Assembly: GCA_964510375.1 (NCBI GenBank)
Contig: CAZEBR010000007.1
Coordinates: forward strand, 4,895 to 54,636
Reading direction: 5' to 3'
DNA length: 49,742 nt
Origin: Candidatus Hadarchaeota archaeon
GTDB taxonomy: Archaea; Hadarchaeota; Hadarchaeia; Hadarchaeales; JAGGTB01
Shown here: positions 9,656 to 17,945 of the stretch, in pieces
Position numbering within the stretch: the first letter of the stretch is position 1
Layout of the letters: each line of letters begins with the position of its first letter
Made by a program: the position numbers and the translations under genes
Notes under the pieces: model-generated
The model's input: only the letters and a program-made list of their open reading frames with translations
Databases searched by the model: none
What the model was told of the DNA's origin: nothing

Positions 9656-10039
9656 AAGAACGTTGAAATCGAAGACGAAAGAAAAGATAACAAGGTCTAC
9701 GGAGGACCACTCCTGAGGGATCTATTCGAAAATCTCATCATCAACGGTATCCAACACTCGGGGGGAAAGGTAGTGAGGGTTCAAGTGGAGGAAAAAGACG
9801 ACAAGGCATTGATAATTGTAGAGGACGACGGCAAAGGAATCCCGGAAAAAAACAAGGACAAAATTTTCGATCGATCTTGGTCCGGAAAAAACAGTAGGGG
9901 AAGCGGGCTGGGTCTTCACCTAGTAAAAAAGATAGCAGAAACTTACGGCGGAGATGTGGAATTAAACGAATCTGATCTAGGCGGCGCCAGATTCGACGTA
10001 TACCTAGAAAAGTACACGGAAGATGAAAAGAAAGAATAA
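9656..10039 (+). CDS. histidine kinase HATPase_c domain, same frame as 8621-9655 (ORF track calls only 9773-10039 from a GTG)
   Basis: N-box LFENLIINGIQHS, G1 VEDDGKGIP, G2 GSGLGLHLVKKIAETYGG. No stop between 9656 and 10039. Confidence 0.7.
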   Translation, partial: KNVEIEDERKDNKVYGGPLLRDLFENLIINGIQHSGGKVVRVQVEEKDDKALIIVEDDGKGIPEKNKDKIFDRSWSGKNSRGSGLGLHLVKKIAETYGGDVELNESDLGGARFDVYLEKYTEDEKKE

Positions 10040-10074
10040 AACTGAAATCTCCCTACATATCAAACCAGGATAAA

Positions 10075-11133
10075 ATGTTGGAAATAGACGGTTCGATGGG
10101 CGAAGGCGGTGGCTCTGTTCTCAGATTATCCCTAGCTTTAGCCTCGATAAAGAGCGAACCGATTAGAGTATACAATATCCGAGCCAACAGATCGAAACCC
10201 GGCCTAGCCAATCAACATTTACATGCGGTTAAATCCCTGAAGGAGCTCACTGAAGCAAAAACGAAAGGCCTCGAAATCGGGTCCGAGGAAGTAGTATTCG
10301 AGCCTAAAAGAAACACCGGGAAAGATATAAAGGTCGATATAGGAACCGCCGGGAGCACTACACTTATACTTCAGTCTGTGATGATTCCCGCGGCCTTTGC
10401 TGAAGAGCCAGTTTCCATCGAAGTAAAAGGAGGAACCGACAATCCCTTCGCACCGCCGATAGACTACCTGAAAAATGTCACCATTCCTATTTTAGAAAAA
10501 CTAGGATATCATGCCGAAATAAACTTGGTAAAACGAGGTCACTACCCGAAGGGAGGAGGAATAATTAAAGCAGAAATCAATCCCATCGAAAAACTCAAGC
10601 CGTTAAATCTCACAGAAGCTGGAAAAGTAAGCAAAATCAGTGGAGTATCCCACTGCGTTAAACTTCCAAGCCACATCGCGAAGAGGCAGGCCGAAGCTGC
10701 AAAGGAAAGACTAGCGGAAGCTGGCCACGAAGCAGGTATAGAGGTAGAGTATTACGAGAAATCCGAAGATCCGCATCTAAGTCCCGGGACTGGAGTCGTT
10801 CTCTGGGCGGAGACGAGAAACGGCTCGATATTGGGCTCAAACGGGCACGGAGAAAAGGGGAAACCCGCCGAGAAGGTCGGAAAAGAAGCCGCTGAAAAAC
10901 TTCTGGATGAACTCGAAACAGGAAAAGCTCTAGATAAATATCTAACCGACCAGATTATTCCCTATCTGAGTTTAGCGGAAGGGCAATCCATAATATCCAC
11001 CACGGAGCTGACGTCCCATACCCTGACCAACGTGGAGCTGGTCGAGAAAATCCTTGGAACCGAAATCGAGGTATCCGGAATGGAAGGAGAACCCGGAGAA
11101 ATATCGGTGAGAGGTAAAGCGTTACAAAATTGA
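10075..11133 (+). CDS. rtcA: RNA 3'-terminal phosphate cyclase
   Basis: 352 aa. IDGSMGEGGGSVLRLSLALAS, NIRANRSKPGLANQHL, GTAGSTTLILQ. Confidence 0.9.
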   Translation: MLEIDGSMGEGGGSVLRLSLALASIKSEPIRVYNIRANRSKPGLANQHLHAVKSLKELTEAKTKGLEIGSEEVVFEPKRNTGKDIKVDIGTAGSTTLILQSVMIPAAFAEEPVSIEVKGGTDNPFAPPIDYLKNVTIPILEKLGYHAEINLVKRGHYPKGGGIIKAEINPIEKLKPLNLTEAGKVSKISGVSHCVKLPSHIAKRQAEAAKERLAEAGHEAGIEVEYYEKSEDPHLSPGTGVVLWAETRNGSILGSNGHGEKGKPAEKVGKEAAEKLLDELETGKALDKYLTDQIIPYLSLAEGQSIISTTELTSHTLTNVELVEKILGTEIEVSGMEGEPGEISVRGKALQN

Positions 11134-11145
11134 CCGAAAAATAAA

Positions 11146-11158
11146 TTTTCTCTTTTTT
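11146..11158 (+). terminator. oligo-T tract downstream of rtcA (archaeal-type termination signal)
   Basis: ttttctctttttt begins 13 nt after the rtcA stop codon. Confidence 0.3.
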
Positions 11159-11190
11159 AATCCACTACCCGCTTAAAAAGCGATGGGGGA

Positions 11191-11481
11191 ATGGAAAAAA
11201 CCATACTGGTAATTGCGCTCGTAGCAGTCGCTTGGCACTTAGGGGTTTTCGGCGCCATTGAGATTATCTCCGCCGACAAACCTCCAATCCCGGTGGATAG
11301 ACTGCTGAGACTAGCAGAGCTGGATCTTCTGAAAAGGTTGAGGGGGAAACTTGAAGGAGCATCGGACGAGGAAAAGAAGGACCAACCTTACGAAAACTGG
11401 CTAAAAGAAGTCAGAAAAGAAATCAGGAGGATTAAAAACAATCGAAAACACTATCACAAAAATACTAGAAAAAATGGATAG
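11191..11481 (+). CDS. small N-terminally membrane-anchored protein, first gene of the pilus-like operon
   Basis: One TM helix (ILVIALVAVAWHLGVFGAI) followed by a basic tail. 8-nt overlap with the next ORF. Confidence 0.6.
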   Translation: MEKTILVIALVAVAWHLGVFGAIEIISADKPPIPVDRLLRLAELDLLKRLRGKLEGASDEEKKDQPYENWLKEVRKEIRRIKNNRKHYHKNTRKNG

Positions 11482-12001
11482 TTTCTTGGATATAGAACCC
11501 GATAAAATTCAGAAAGGAAAAGAAATCACAGAAGAGATTATCCGCTCGGCGGAAATATCTGAAAAACTAATTTTTGAGAAAGGGAAGAGGAAAAGATACA
11601 GTAAATTACTCTCCGAACTAGAAACTCGTTTCTCCAAACTCTCAAGAGATGTCCAAAATAGAGAGAAAAGTTCTCTCAGTTCCGACTGGCAGCAACTGGG
11701 GGAACAAAATATGTCGAAGTTAAAGGACGACGTTCTCGCACTCAGAGAATTCCTAAAGAAAAACGAAGCGGCACTCAAAAAAAGATGGAACGAGATGGCG
11801 TACGGAGCCGATATCGAGGACTTGGTCCGGAATTTGAAAAATGAAGAATCGGTTGACAGTCTGACAGTATCCAAACTGTCCAACGCCATTAAAAACAGGG
11901 GCGAGGACGAAATAGAATCCATCACGAAAGAAAATACGGACCGTCTAAATCGAATCACGAGATGGCTTTTGCTTCTGAGGGAGGTAAGAAACGCTGAGTA
12001 A
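11474..12001 (+). CDS. coiled-coil protein of unknown function
   Basis: 175 aa, E/K/L-rich heptad-like sequence. Start overlaps the stop of the preceding gene. Confidence 0.6.
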   Translation: MDSFLDIEPDKIQKGKEITEEIIRSAEISEKLIFEKGKRKRYSKLLSELETRFSKLSRDVQNREKSSLSSDWQQLGEQNMSKLKDDVLALREFLKKNEAALKKRWNEMAYGADIEDLVRNLKNEESVDSLTVSKLSNAIKNRGEDEIESITKENTDRLNRITRWLLLLREVRNAE

Positions 12002-12089
12002 AGACGAAGAATCCATTCAAGCCGCCCACGGCAGATGGATAAGGGAACTTCAAAAATCCTTCAAAATAATCAAACAGGATCTTTCCTTA

Positions 12090-12242
12090 ATGGAAGAAAG
12101 AGTTTCGGCGTTTGAATCGGAGATAGCGGAGGTCTCGAAAAAACAGAGAAAACTAAAATCTGAACTGGACCATATCTCAATGAAGATAGAGGAGCTGTGC
12201 TCCAGCGAAGAAAAACTCGAGGAGGGGAGGGGACAAAGTTGA
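12090..12242 (+). CDS. small coiled-coil ORF (50 aa from ATG; coding-like sequence extends upstream to 11988)
   Basis: Not in the ORF track (<60 aa). MEERVSAFESEIAEVSKKQRKLKSELDHISMKIEELCSSEEKLEEGRGQS. Its TGA overlaps the TTG start of the ATPase (TTGA, 12239-12242). Confidence 0.45.
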   Translation: MEERVSAFESEIAEVSKKQRKLKSELDHISMKIEELCSSEEKLEEGRGQS

Positions 12243-14419
12243 GCCCACAAGTGTTATCCGCAGGAAATAAACGAGTTCTGAAGTTCGACTGCAAGAACTG
12301 TGGAGAAAAACCCTCCCTCTCCAGCACTCCCTCCTGCATGAAGGACGTGATCGAGAACCTCGAAAAAAATGCAAATGTAGACAAGATCCTCCTAGACGGA
12401 GAATACGTCGAAGAATACCGAGAAAAAGACTTGTCCGTACTGCAAGAATATGTGGAAGCGCTGAAAAACTCGAAGTATCTAGCGCTGAAAACGCTTACTC
12501 CCGATACCTGCACCGACTGCGAGGACGAGAGGGAAGAGAAAATAAGAAAAATCTGGAGTGAGGCGAAAAGCAAACCCGCCCAGGCCAAAGGGAAACTGAA
12601 GCAACTGAAAAAGAAACTAGAGGAAAGTTCTCGGAGAGGCCCCGAAAAGTGCAAGGAGTGCAGGGAGCACTTTCTCAAAGAGGGGATAATGCCCGCCATC
12701 GATATCCTGTCGGACACGAAGATCATGGAAAAAATCGAAGAGGGAAACGGTAAAGCTGACCGATTAAAGGAACTATTTTCTCCCACATCCCGTCCGAGCT
12801 TCCTCAGATCAAAGCTGAAGCTAAAAACTCCGAAAGAAACCGAGTTGGTGGAGGCGTACAGAATCGGAGAAACGAAAATCAGAATTTACCATTCGCCAGA
12901 GGAGCTAGAGTACATTTATTTCATACTCCCCCCGGAATATGACCTTCCTCCGAAACACGTAAGGGTAATACAAGATGTCAAGCGACAACTGCTGGAGACC
13001 CAAGGAAATCTGAATCCGGACTTGGCTCGGAAGGAAATCAGAAAGAAAAGCAAAAGTCTAATAATGGAGACGGCTTTGGAAAGGGGGATAGACCTAGAGG
13101 AAAAAAGGATAGAAGGACTCTCCAAATCCCTAGCTAAATTCACTGCGGGACTAGGAATCATAGAGACCTTGCTATCGGACGACAAGATCCAAGATATCTA
13201 CGTCGACGCGCCCGTAGGAAACAATCCGGTTTACATTTACCACCAGGAATTCGAGGAATGCACTTCTAATATATTCATGACGCCAGAAGACGCTCAAGTC
13301 CTCACTTCGAGGTTCAGAGCAATAAGCGGTAGGCCATTCTCGGAGGCGAATCCCACCCTCGACCTGAACCTGGGAAAGGTCAGAGTGGCCGCGATTCAGG
13401 AGCCCCTCAGCCCCGACGGGCTGGCGATGGCAATCCGTCGACACAAATCTACCCCGTGGACTTTGCCCCTCTTCATAAGCAAAAATTTTCTAACCCCAAA
13501 GGCAGGCGGACTGTTGAGTCTCGCGGTGGACTCTCAGGCTTCCATACTAATAACGGGGAGCAGGGGCGCAGGCAAAACCTCGCTCCTCGGGGCACTGATG
13601 CTCGAACTCCTCCCAAAGTACCGCATACTTTGTCTGGAGGACACCGCCGAACTGCCGATCAAGGAAATGAAATCCCTAGGATACAAGGCACAAAGACTAC
13701 AGATTCGGCCTTCGAGCTCCGGCTCCGAGCTGGAAATGGAAGCCGAGAATGCTCTCAGGTCGGCACTGAGACTCGGGGAATCAGTGCTCGTTATGGGAGA
13801 GGTCAGAGGACCCGAAACAAAGTCACTCTACGAGGCCATGAGGGTCGGTGCCGCCGGAAATTCTGTAATGGGTACGATACACGGGTCCTCCACCAAAGAC
13901 GTATTCGAAAGGGTAGTCTACGATCTCGGAATCCCGCCCAGTTCCTTCAAAGCCACCGATCTGATAGCGGTCGCCTCTCCGATACGGGTCGGGGGAAGCA
14001 TAAAGAGGAAACGAAGGCTGACTCAAGTCAGCGAAGTGGAAAAGGAGTGGCAGGAAGACCCGTTAAAGGAGGACGGTTTTACGGACCTTCTCAGCCATGA
14101 CCCCGAAGAAGACAAACTGAGTGTTACCGATTCGCTCAAAGAAAACGAATCTCACCTTCTAGATTCGATAGCAGAAAAGTGGTCCATGTCCGTGCGAGAA
14201 TTGAAGAAAAATTTGGACCTCCGCACGCGAATTCAAAAGAAGTTAGTCGAGAAGGCCTCCTCCACTGGAAACTCCAGATTGCTCGAGGCCGAGAGGGTCG
14301 TTGAATCGAACTTGACGTTTCACAGACTCCTCGAGGAAGAGCTAGACAAGGGAAGGATCAATTATAGTAGAGTTTTCTCCCGCTGGAAAGACTGGCTCGG
14401 CGAGGTCACCAAGCGATGA
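12239..14419 (+). CDS. FlaI/PilB/VirB11-superfamily secretion ATPase with a ~190-aa Cys-rich N-terminal extension
   Basis: Walker A GSRGAGKTS, Asp box LCLEDTAEL, Walker B VLVMGEVRGPE, His box GTIHG. I prefer TTG 12239 because a GGAGGGGAGGGG run lies 8-19 nt upstream. The ORF track uses GTG 12197. Confidence 0.85.
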   Translation: MSPQVLSAGNKRVLKFDCKNCGEKPSLSSTPSCMKDVIENLEKNANVDKILLDGEYVEEYREKDLSVLQEYVEALKNSKYLALKTLTPDTCTDCEDEREEKIRKIWSEAKSKPAQAKGKLKQLKKKLEESSRRGPEKCKECREHFLKEGIMPAIDILSDTKIMEKIEEGNGKADRLKELFSPTSRPSFLRSKLKLKTPKETELVEAYRIGETKIRIYHSPEELEYIYFILPPEYDLPPKHVRVIQDVKRQLLETQGNLNPDLARKEIRKKSKSLIMETALERGIDLEEKRIEGLSKSLAKFTAGLGIIETLLSDDKIQDIYVDAPVGNNPVYIYHQEFEECTSNIFMTPEDAQVLTSRFRAISGRPFSEANPTLDLNLGKVRVAAIQEPLSPDGLAMAIRRHKSTPWTLPLFISKNFLTPKAGGLLSLAVDSQASILITGSRGAGKTSLLGALMLELLPKYRILCLEDTAELPIKEMKSLGYKAQRLQIRPSSSGSELEMEAENALRSALRLGESVLVMGEVRGPETKSLYEAMRVGAAGNSVMGTIHGSSTKDVFERVVYDLGIPPSSFKATDLIAVASPIRVGGSIKRKRRLTQVSEVEKEWQEDPLKEDGFTDLLSHDPEEDKLSVTDSLKENESHLLDSIAEKWSMSVRELKKNLDLRTRIQKKLVEKASSTGNSRLLEAERVVESNLTFHRLLEEELDKGRINYSRVFSRWKDWLGEVTKR

Positions 14420-16191
14420 AAATCGGGGAGATTTACTGCCAAACGGCCGAGTTTATCGGAAAGTTCGAGCCGTTAAAGGACGCTCAAGACCCGCCGGAAG
14501 AACTCAGGAAAAACCTTCGTTTGTCGGATTTGAAATGTTCGCCGGAGGAGGTAGTAGCCTTGGCCTCTTTCGGAGCCTTGACGGGAGGAATAATCTGCGG
14601 GAGTTTCTTGATCCTAGCCCTCGTCATGAGGCTATCACTGCTAGTACCCGCGGCTACCAGCTCCTTACCGGTGCTCCTCTACTTCTCTCTAGGATCTTAC
14701 CCGGAATGGAAAGCAAAGAAGAGGAGAAAGAAGAGTCTGGAGGGCACTCCAAGACTTATCAGTTACCTGACCGTCGCCCTACAAATAAATCCCAACTTAG
14801 AGAAAGCAACAATTTTTTCGGCGAGCAGAACTGAAAAATCCGTAGGAGACAGCTTTCGGAATGAAATCTGGAAAGCCTGCTTGGGGGTCCACAAAAACGT
14901 CCACGACGCACTATCAAAATTTTCGGAAGGTTGGGGTGCCGAAAATAACGAGCTTAAACGGGCAATAGATCTGATCAAGAGTTCGATATCGGAGAGGAAC
15001 GAGAGAACGAGAAAAAGAATCTTGGATCAAGCTCTGAATACGAGTTTCGAAGGGATAAGAAACCGGATGGAAAAATTTGCGGCGAACGTACAGCTCCCGA
15101 CCACCGTGATATACGGAATCGGAGTTTTATTGCCCCTAGTACTACTGGCCGTGCTCCCCGTAATATCCTCCACCGGTTTCAGGCTAAGCGGGACCCAGCT
15201 GGCCCTCATATACTGCCTCATCCTCCCCCTCGGAGTCTACATTCTCGAAAGGCATATACTTTCGAAGCGGCCCGAACCTTTCTCCAACCCCGAGATACCT
15301 TCGAAGGACGATAGGAGGAAGGCCATCGCGGTATCAGTTTCGGTCCTAATCGCAATTCCATCCGGTGCGATCCTACTCGGGCTTTCGAACACAATGATAA
15401 CTCTAGCAGCACTATGGGGGATTTCCCTTTCCATAACCGCGTTCTGCTATCTTAGCTCGGTTAAGACGTTCGAAGTCCGAGAGATGAACAGAGAACTGGA
15501 GGAGGAATTCTGCGACGCGCTCACCCAGCTCGGCAGCCGTCTGAAGAGTAACATCCCGGTGGAGGAGGCGCTCCTGAAAACCGCCGAAACCACGAAGGGA
15601 GGCCAAATTTCAAAAATTCTCGAGAGAACTTCGACGAACTTGAAAATGGGGGGAATGAGCACGCGTTCCGCATTCTTCGACCCGGAGGACGGTTCCCTGA
15701 AGGAGGTACATTCGAAATCGGTCCTCCATACCTTTCGGATGCTCGTGAGCCTTTTGAATCGTAGCAGCGAAACTGCGGGGGAAGCAATTCTGCAAACCGG
15801 AAAACATCTCAAGAGGATGAACGAGGCAGAAAAGCGGGTGCGCCGCACGCTCCAGAGCGTGATAAGCTCCATGAAATCGGTCGCACTATTTTTCGGCCCC
15901 TTCGTGGCCTCCGTCACGGTCCAGCTCCAGCAGGTGCTCTCGGAAAAGACCCAGAGTATGCCGATTTTCGGAATGAACGTCAGGATATCCTCCCCCACAT
16001 TTCTCGGAGTTCTCGGGACTTACGTCATAATCATCACCCTTCTACTCACGGTCTATACCGTAGAAATTGAAATTGGAGATGATGGTCCCATGAAGCGGAT
16101 GTCAATAGCTCGAGCCCTGCCCACGGCCATCACGGTCTTTACCGCCGGGCTGATCCTGGGCGGGCAACTGATGTCGATCCTGATAGGATAA
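14416..16191 (+). CDS. FlaJ/TadC/PilC-type polytopic membrane platform protein
   Basis: 591 aa with several TM clusters separated by soluble helical domains. ATGA overlap with the ATPase gene. Confidence 0.75.
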   Translation: MKIGEIYCQTAEFIGKFEPLKDAQDPPEELRKNLRLSDLKCSPEEVVALASFGALTGGIICGSFLILALVMRLSLLVPAATSSLPVLLYFSLGSYPEWKAKKRRKKSLEGTPRLISYLTVALQINPNLEKATIFSASRTEKSVGDSFRNEIWKACLGVHKNVHDALSKFSEGWGAENNELKRAIDLIKSSISERNERTRKRILDQALNTSFEGIRNRMEKFAANVQLPTTVIYGIGVLLPLVLLAVLPVISSTGFRLSGTQLALIYCLILPLGVYILERHILSKRPEPFSNPEIPSKDDRRKAIAVSVSVLIAIPSGAILLGLSNTMITLAALWGISLSITAFCYLSSVKTFEVREMNRELEEEFCDALTQLGSRLKSNIPVEEALLKTAETTKGGQISKILERTSTNLKMGGMSTRSAFFDPEDGSLKEVHSKSVLHTFRMLVSLLNRSSETAGEAILQTGKHLKRMNEAEKRVRRTLQSVISSMKSVALFFGPFVASVTVQLQQVLSEKTQSMPIFGMNVRISSPTFLGVLGTYVIIITLLLTVYTVEIEIGDDGPMKRMSIARALPTAITVFTAGLILGGQLMSILIG

Positions 16192-16214
16192 GCTCTCAAA
16201 AAACGGAAAGATTT

Positions 16215-16236
16215 AGAAAAGCTTAATTATTTTATC
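16215..16236 (+). promoter_or_regulatory. putative BRE/TATA element for tRNA-Gly
   Basis: aaaagc-TTAATTATTTTAT is centred about 26 nt upstream of tRNA position 1. Confidence 0.35.
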
Positions 16237-16255
16237 AAACAAGGATTGTTTCCGG

Positions 16256-16331
16256 GCGACCGTAGTCCAGTGGCTTAAGACACCGGCTTGCCATGCCGGT
16301 AACGCGGGTTCAAATCCCGCCGGTCGCACCA
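16256..16331 (+). tRNA. tRNA-Gly (anticodon GCC) with genomically encoded CCA
   Basis: Hand-folded cloverleaf. Acceptor GCGACCG/CGGTCGC, anticodon stem CCGGC/GCCGG with loop TTGCCAT, T-arm GCGGG-TTCAAAT-CCCGC, discriminator A, then CCA. Confidence 0.9.
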
Positions 16332-16454
16332 CTCACCCATCAACTTCTCGATATCCCCGTACTTCTGATGGAAGATCACAATCAGAAAACAAGAAACTCA
16401 AATAAAAATGGTAAAAAGAAAAAGAAAAGAGGGGTCTTAGTTTCCATTTATTAA

Positions 16455-17711
16455 TTAATGGAAGATTTCCCAGCTATGAGGAATCCAGTCAGCCCATTCT
16501 TCGGTGGCCTCGTTATAATCCTCTTTGTATACTTCACGGTTCGTTAGATTTACAAACGGAGTGTTTTCTGCCACGGTGGGTGACTCTATGATATCACATG
16601 GGACGATGGTAGGTTCTTCGTCCGCATACCATCGCATAGGCTTTCGATTGTTGGGACCAACTGCAATGCCGGTAACTAGCTCAGGTGTATCCGCCTTAGT
16701 GAATCTATCTCCTATCTTAGGAAGAGCTTCCGGTCCTTCATTCCAGAATTGTCTGAGAACCCCGACCATCGGGGCTGCGTAGTATGGTCCCTGAGGAGTA
16801 GTCGTGGCGAAGTCCATGTAACCATCCTCAAAGGCCTGCAGAGTTTCCGGGAAGCAGTCTACGTTCGTTATAACGAGATTCTCTACTTTCTCTTGTGACC
16901 AATCAAGGTTCTTTAGGGCCGTCTGAACTGCCGAGGAGAATCCGCCGTATTCTTCATATATTGCGACTACATCAGGATTGTCCGTGAGCCATGATTGTAT
17001 CTTCGGTTGTGCCTTGGATGCCGACCAAGAGTTACCGACGTACTGGACCTCGATACCGCTATAGTCTTCCATATAATCGGCAAATCCTTGGGTACGCAGT
17101 CTCTCAACCGTGCTACCCTGTAAACCACGGCATACAAGAACTTTGCCTTCGGCTTCACCATACTTTTCTTCCAAGCGTTGGACCGTGTATTCGGCACACT
17201 GTTGTCCCGATCCGTAGTCACTTCTTTGGAAATAGGCTATGGGTGCGTTATGCTGGATATCACTATTAAAGGTCAATAGCGGAATATTATTTTTCTTGCA
17301 AATTTCTCCTACCCTGGCATTGCCTTCTTCGCTTATCGCTCCGAGAATAATAGCATCGACATCCTGCCTAACCAATTCCTGAGCTCCTGTATTTTGCGTC
17401 TCAACATTTGCTTCTCCCGAAACGACCGTTAAATCCCAACCGACGGCTTCTCTTATGTACCATTTAACTCCGGCTTGATTAAAGCGGCTATAAGGATTAC
17501 CTAGACCCATAGTGATAAGACCGATATGCGGTGTTTCCTCGTCTAGATTTACTTGAGGATCTGGGACCCATCCCTGTTCCGCTGTAGTTCCCACTGTTTC
17601 ATCTTCACCGCCGCCCATAAGCAGGAAGCCTGCGACGGCGCCGACGGCAATAACTACGACGACAATCAACAGTATCTGCGATCTAGCAATTCCTCGAGAA
17701 TCAATCTCCAT
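16455..17711 (-). CDS. sugar ABC transporter substrate-binding protein (PBP type 1, ribose/xylose-like) with N-terminal hydrophobic anchor
   Basis: 418 aa. MEIDSRGIARSQILLIVVVVIAVGAVAGFLL leader, then a periplasmic-binding-protein-like fold pattern (IGLITMGLGNPY.., DAIILGA, LLTFNSD). Confidence 0.75.
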   Translation of the reverse strand: MEIDSRGIARSQILLIVVVVIAVGAVAGFLLMGGGEDETVGTTAEQGWVPDPQVNLDEETPHIGLITMGLGNPYSRFNQAGVKWYIREAVGWDLTVVSGEANVETQNTGAQELVRQDVDAIILGAISEEGNARVGEICKKNNIPLLTFNSDIQHNAPIAYFQRSDYGSGQQCAEYTVQRLEEKYGEAEGKVLVCRGLQGSTVERLRTQGFADYMEDYSGIEVQYVGNSWSASKAQPKIQSWLTDNPDVVAIYEEYGGFSSAVQTALKNLDWSQEKVENLVITNVDCFPETLQAFEDGYMDFATTTPQGPYYAAPMVGVLRQFWNEGPEALPKIGDRFTKADTPELVTGIAVGPNNRKPMRWYADEEPTIVPCDIIESPTVAENTPFVNLTNREVYKEDYNEATEEWADWIPHSWEIFH

Positions 17712-17945
17712 ATTTTATTCTCACCTTTTTATAATATTTTTAAAATTCTTAATTATATACTCTTTGGTACTGTACTTAGAGCTATTTATAATTTCATTTC
17801 TCGAAAATCATTCCATTCACGTTAAAATAATGCTTACTGAGAAATACTTCCGTGAAGCTATCTCTAAAACCGTTTGATGGATATAAAAACATTATTAATA
17901 ACTATAAAACAGTAAAGGAAAGGAAAATAGAGCTTAGAAACATTC

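Noticed and set aside
11191-11481. First gene of the pilus-like operon as the missing prepilin
   Set aside because: The N-terminus MEKTILVIALV.. lacks the [KR]-[GA] cleavage motif ahead of the hydrophobic helix, and the C-terminal part is a basic helical tail, not a pilin-like beta domain.
12070-12786. 238-aa minus-strand ORF overlapping the start of the secretion ATPase gene
   Set aside because: It is S/F/L-rich and low in complexity, as expected for the antisense frame of an E/K-rich gene. The plus strand carries clear operon structure and continues into conserved ATPase motifs.
13456-14100. 214-aa alternative-frame ORF inside the ATPase gene
   Set aside because: It is R/G/T-rich nonsense composition and lies entirely within the frame that encodes the Walker A/B and His-box motifs.
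16361-16395. Possible C/D-box sRNA just downstream of tRNA-Gly (cTGATGGa)
   Set aside because: The C box is imperfect. There is no matching D box (CTGA) at a suitable distance and no terminal stem.
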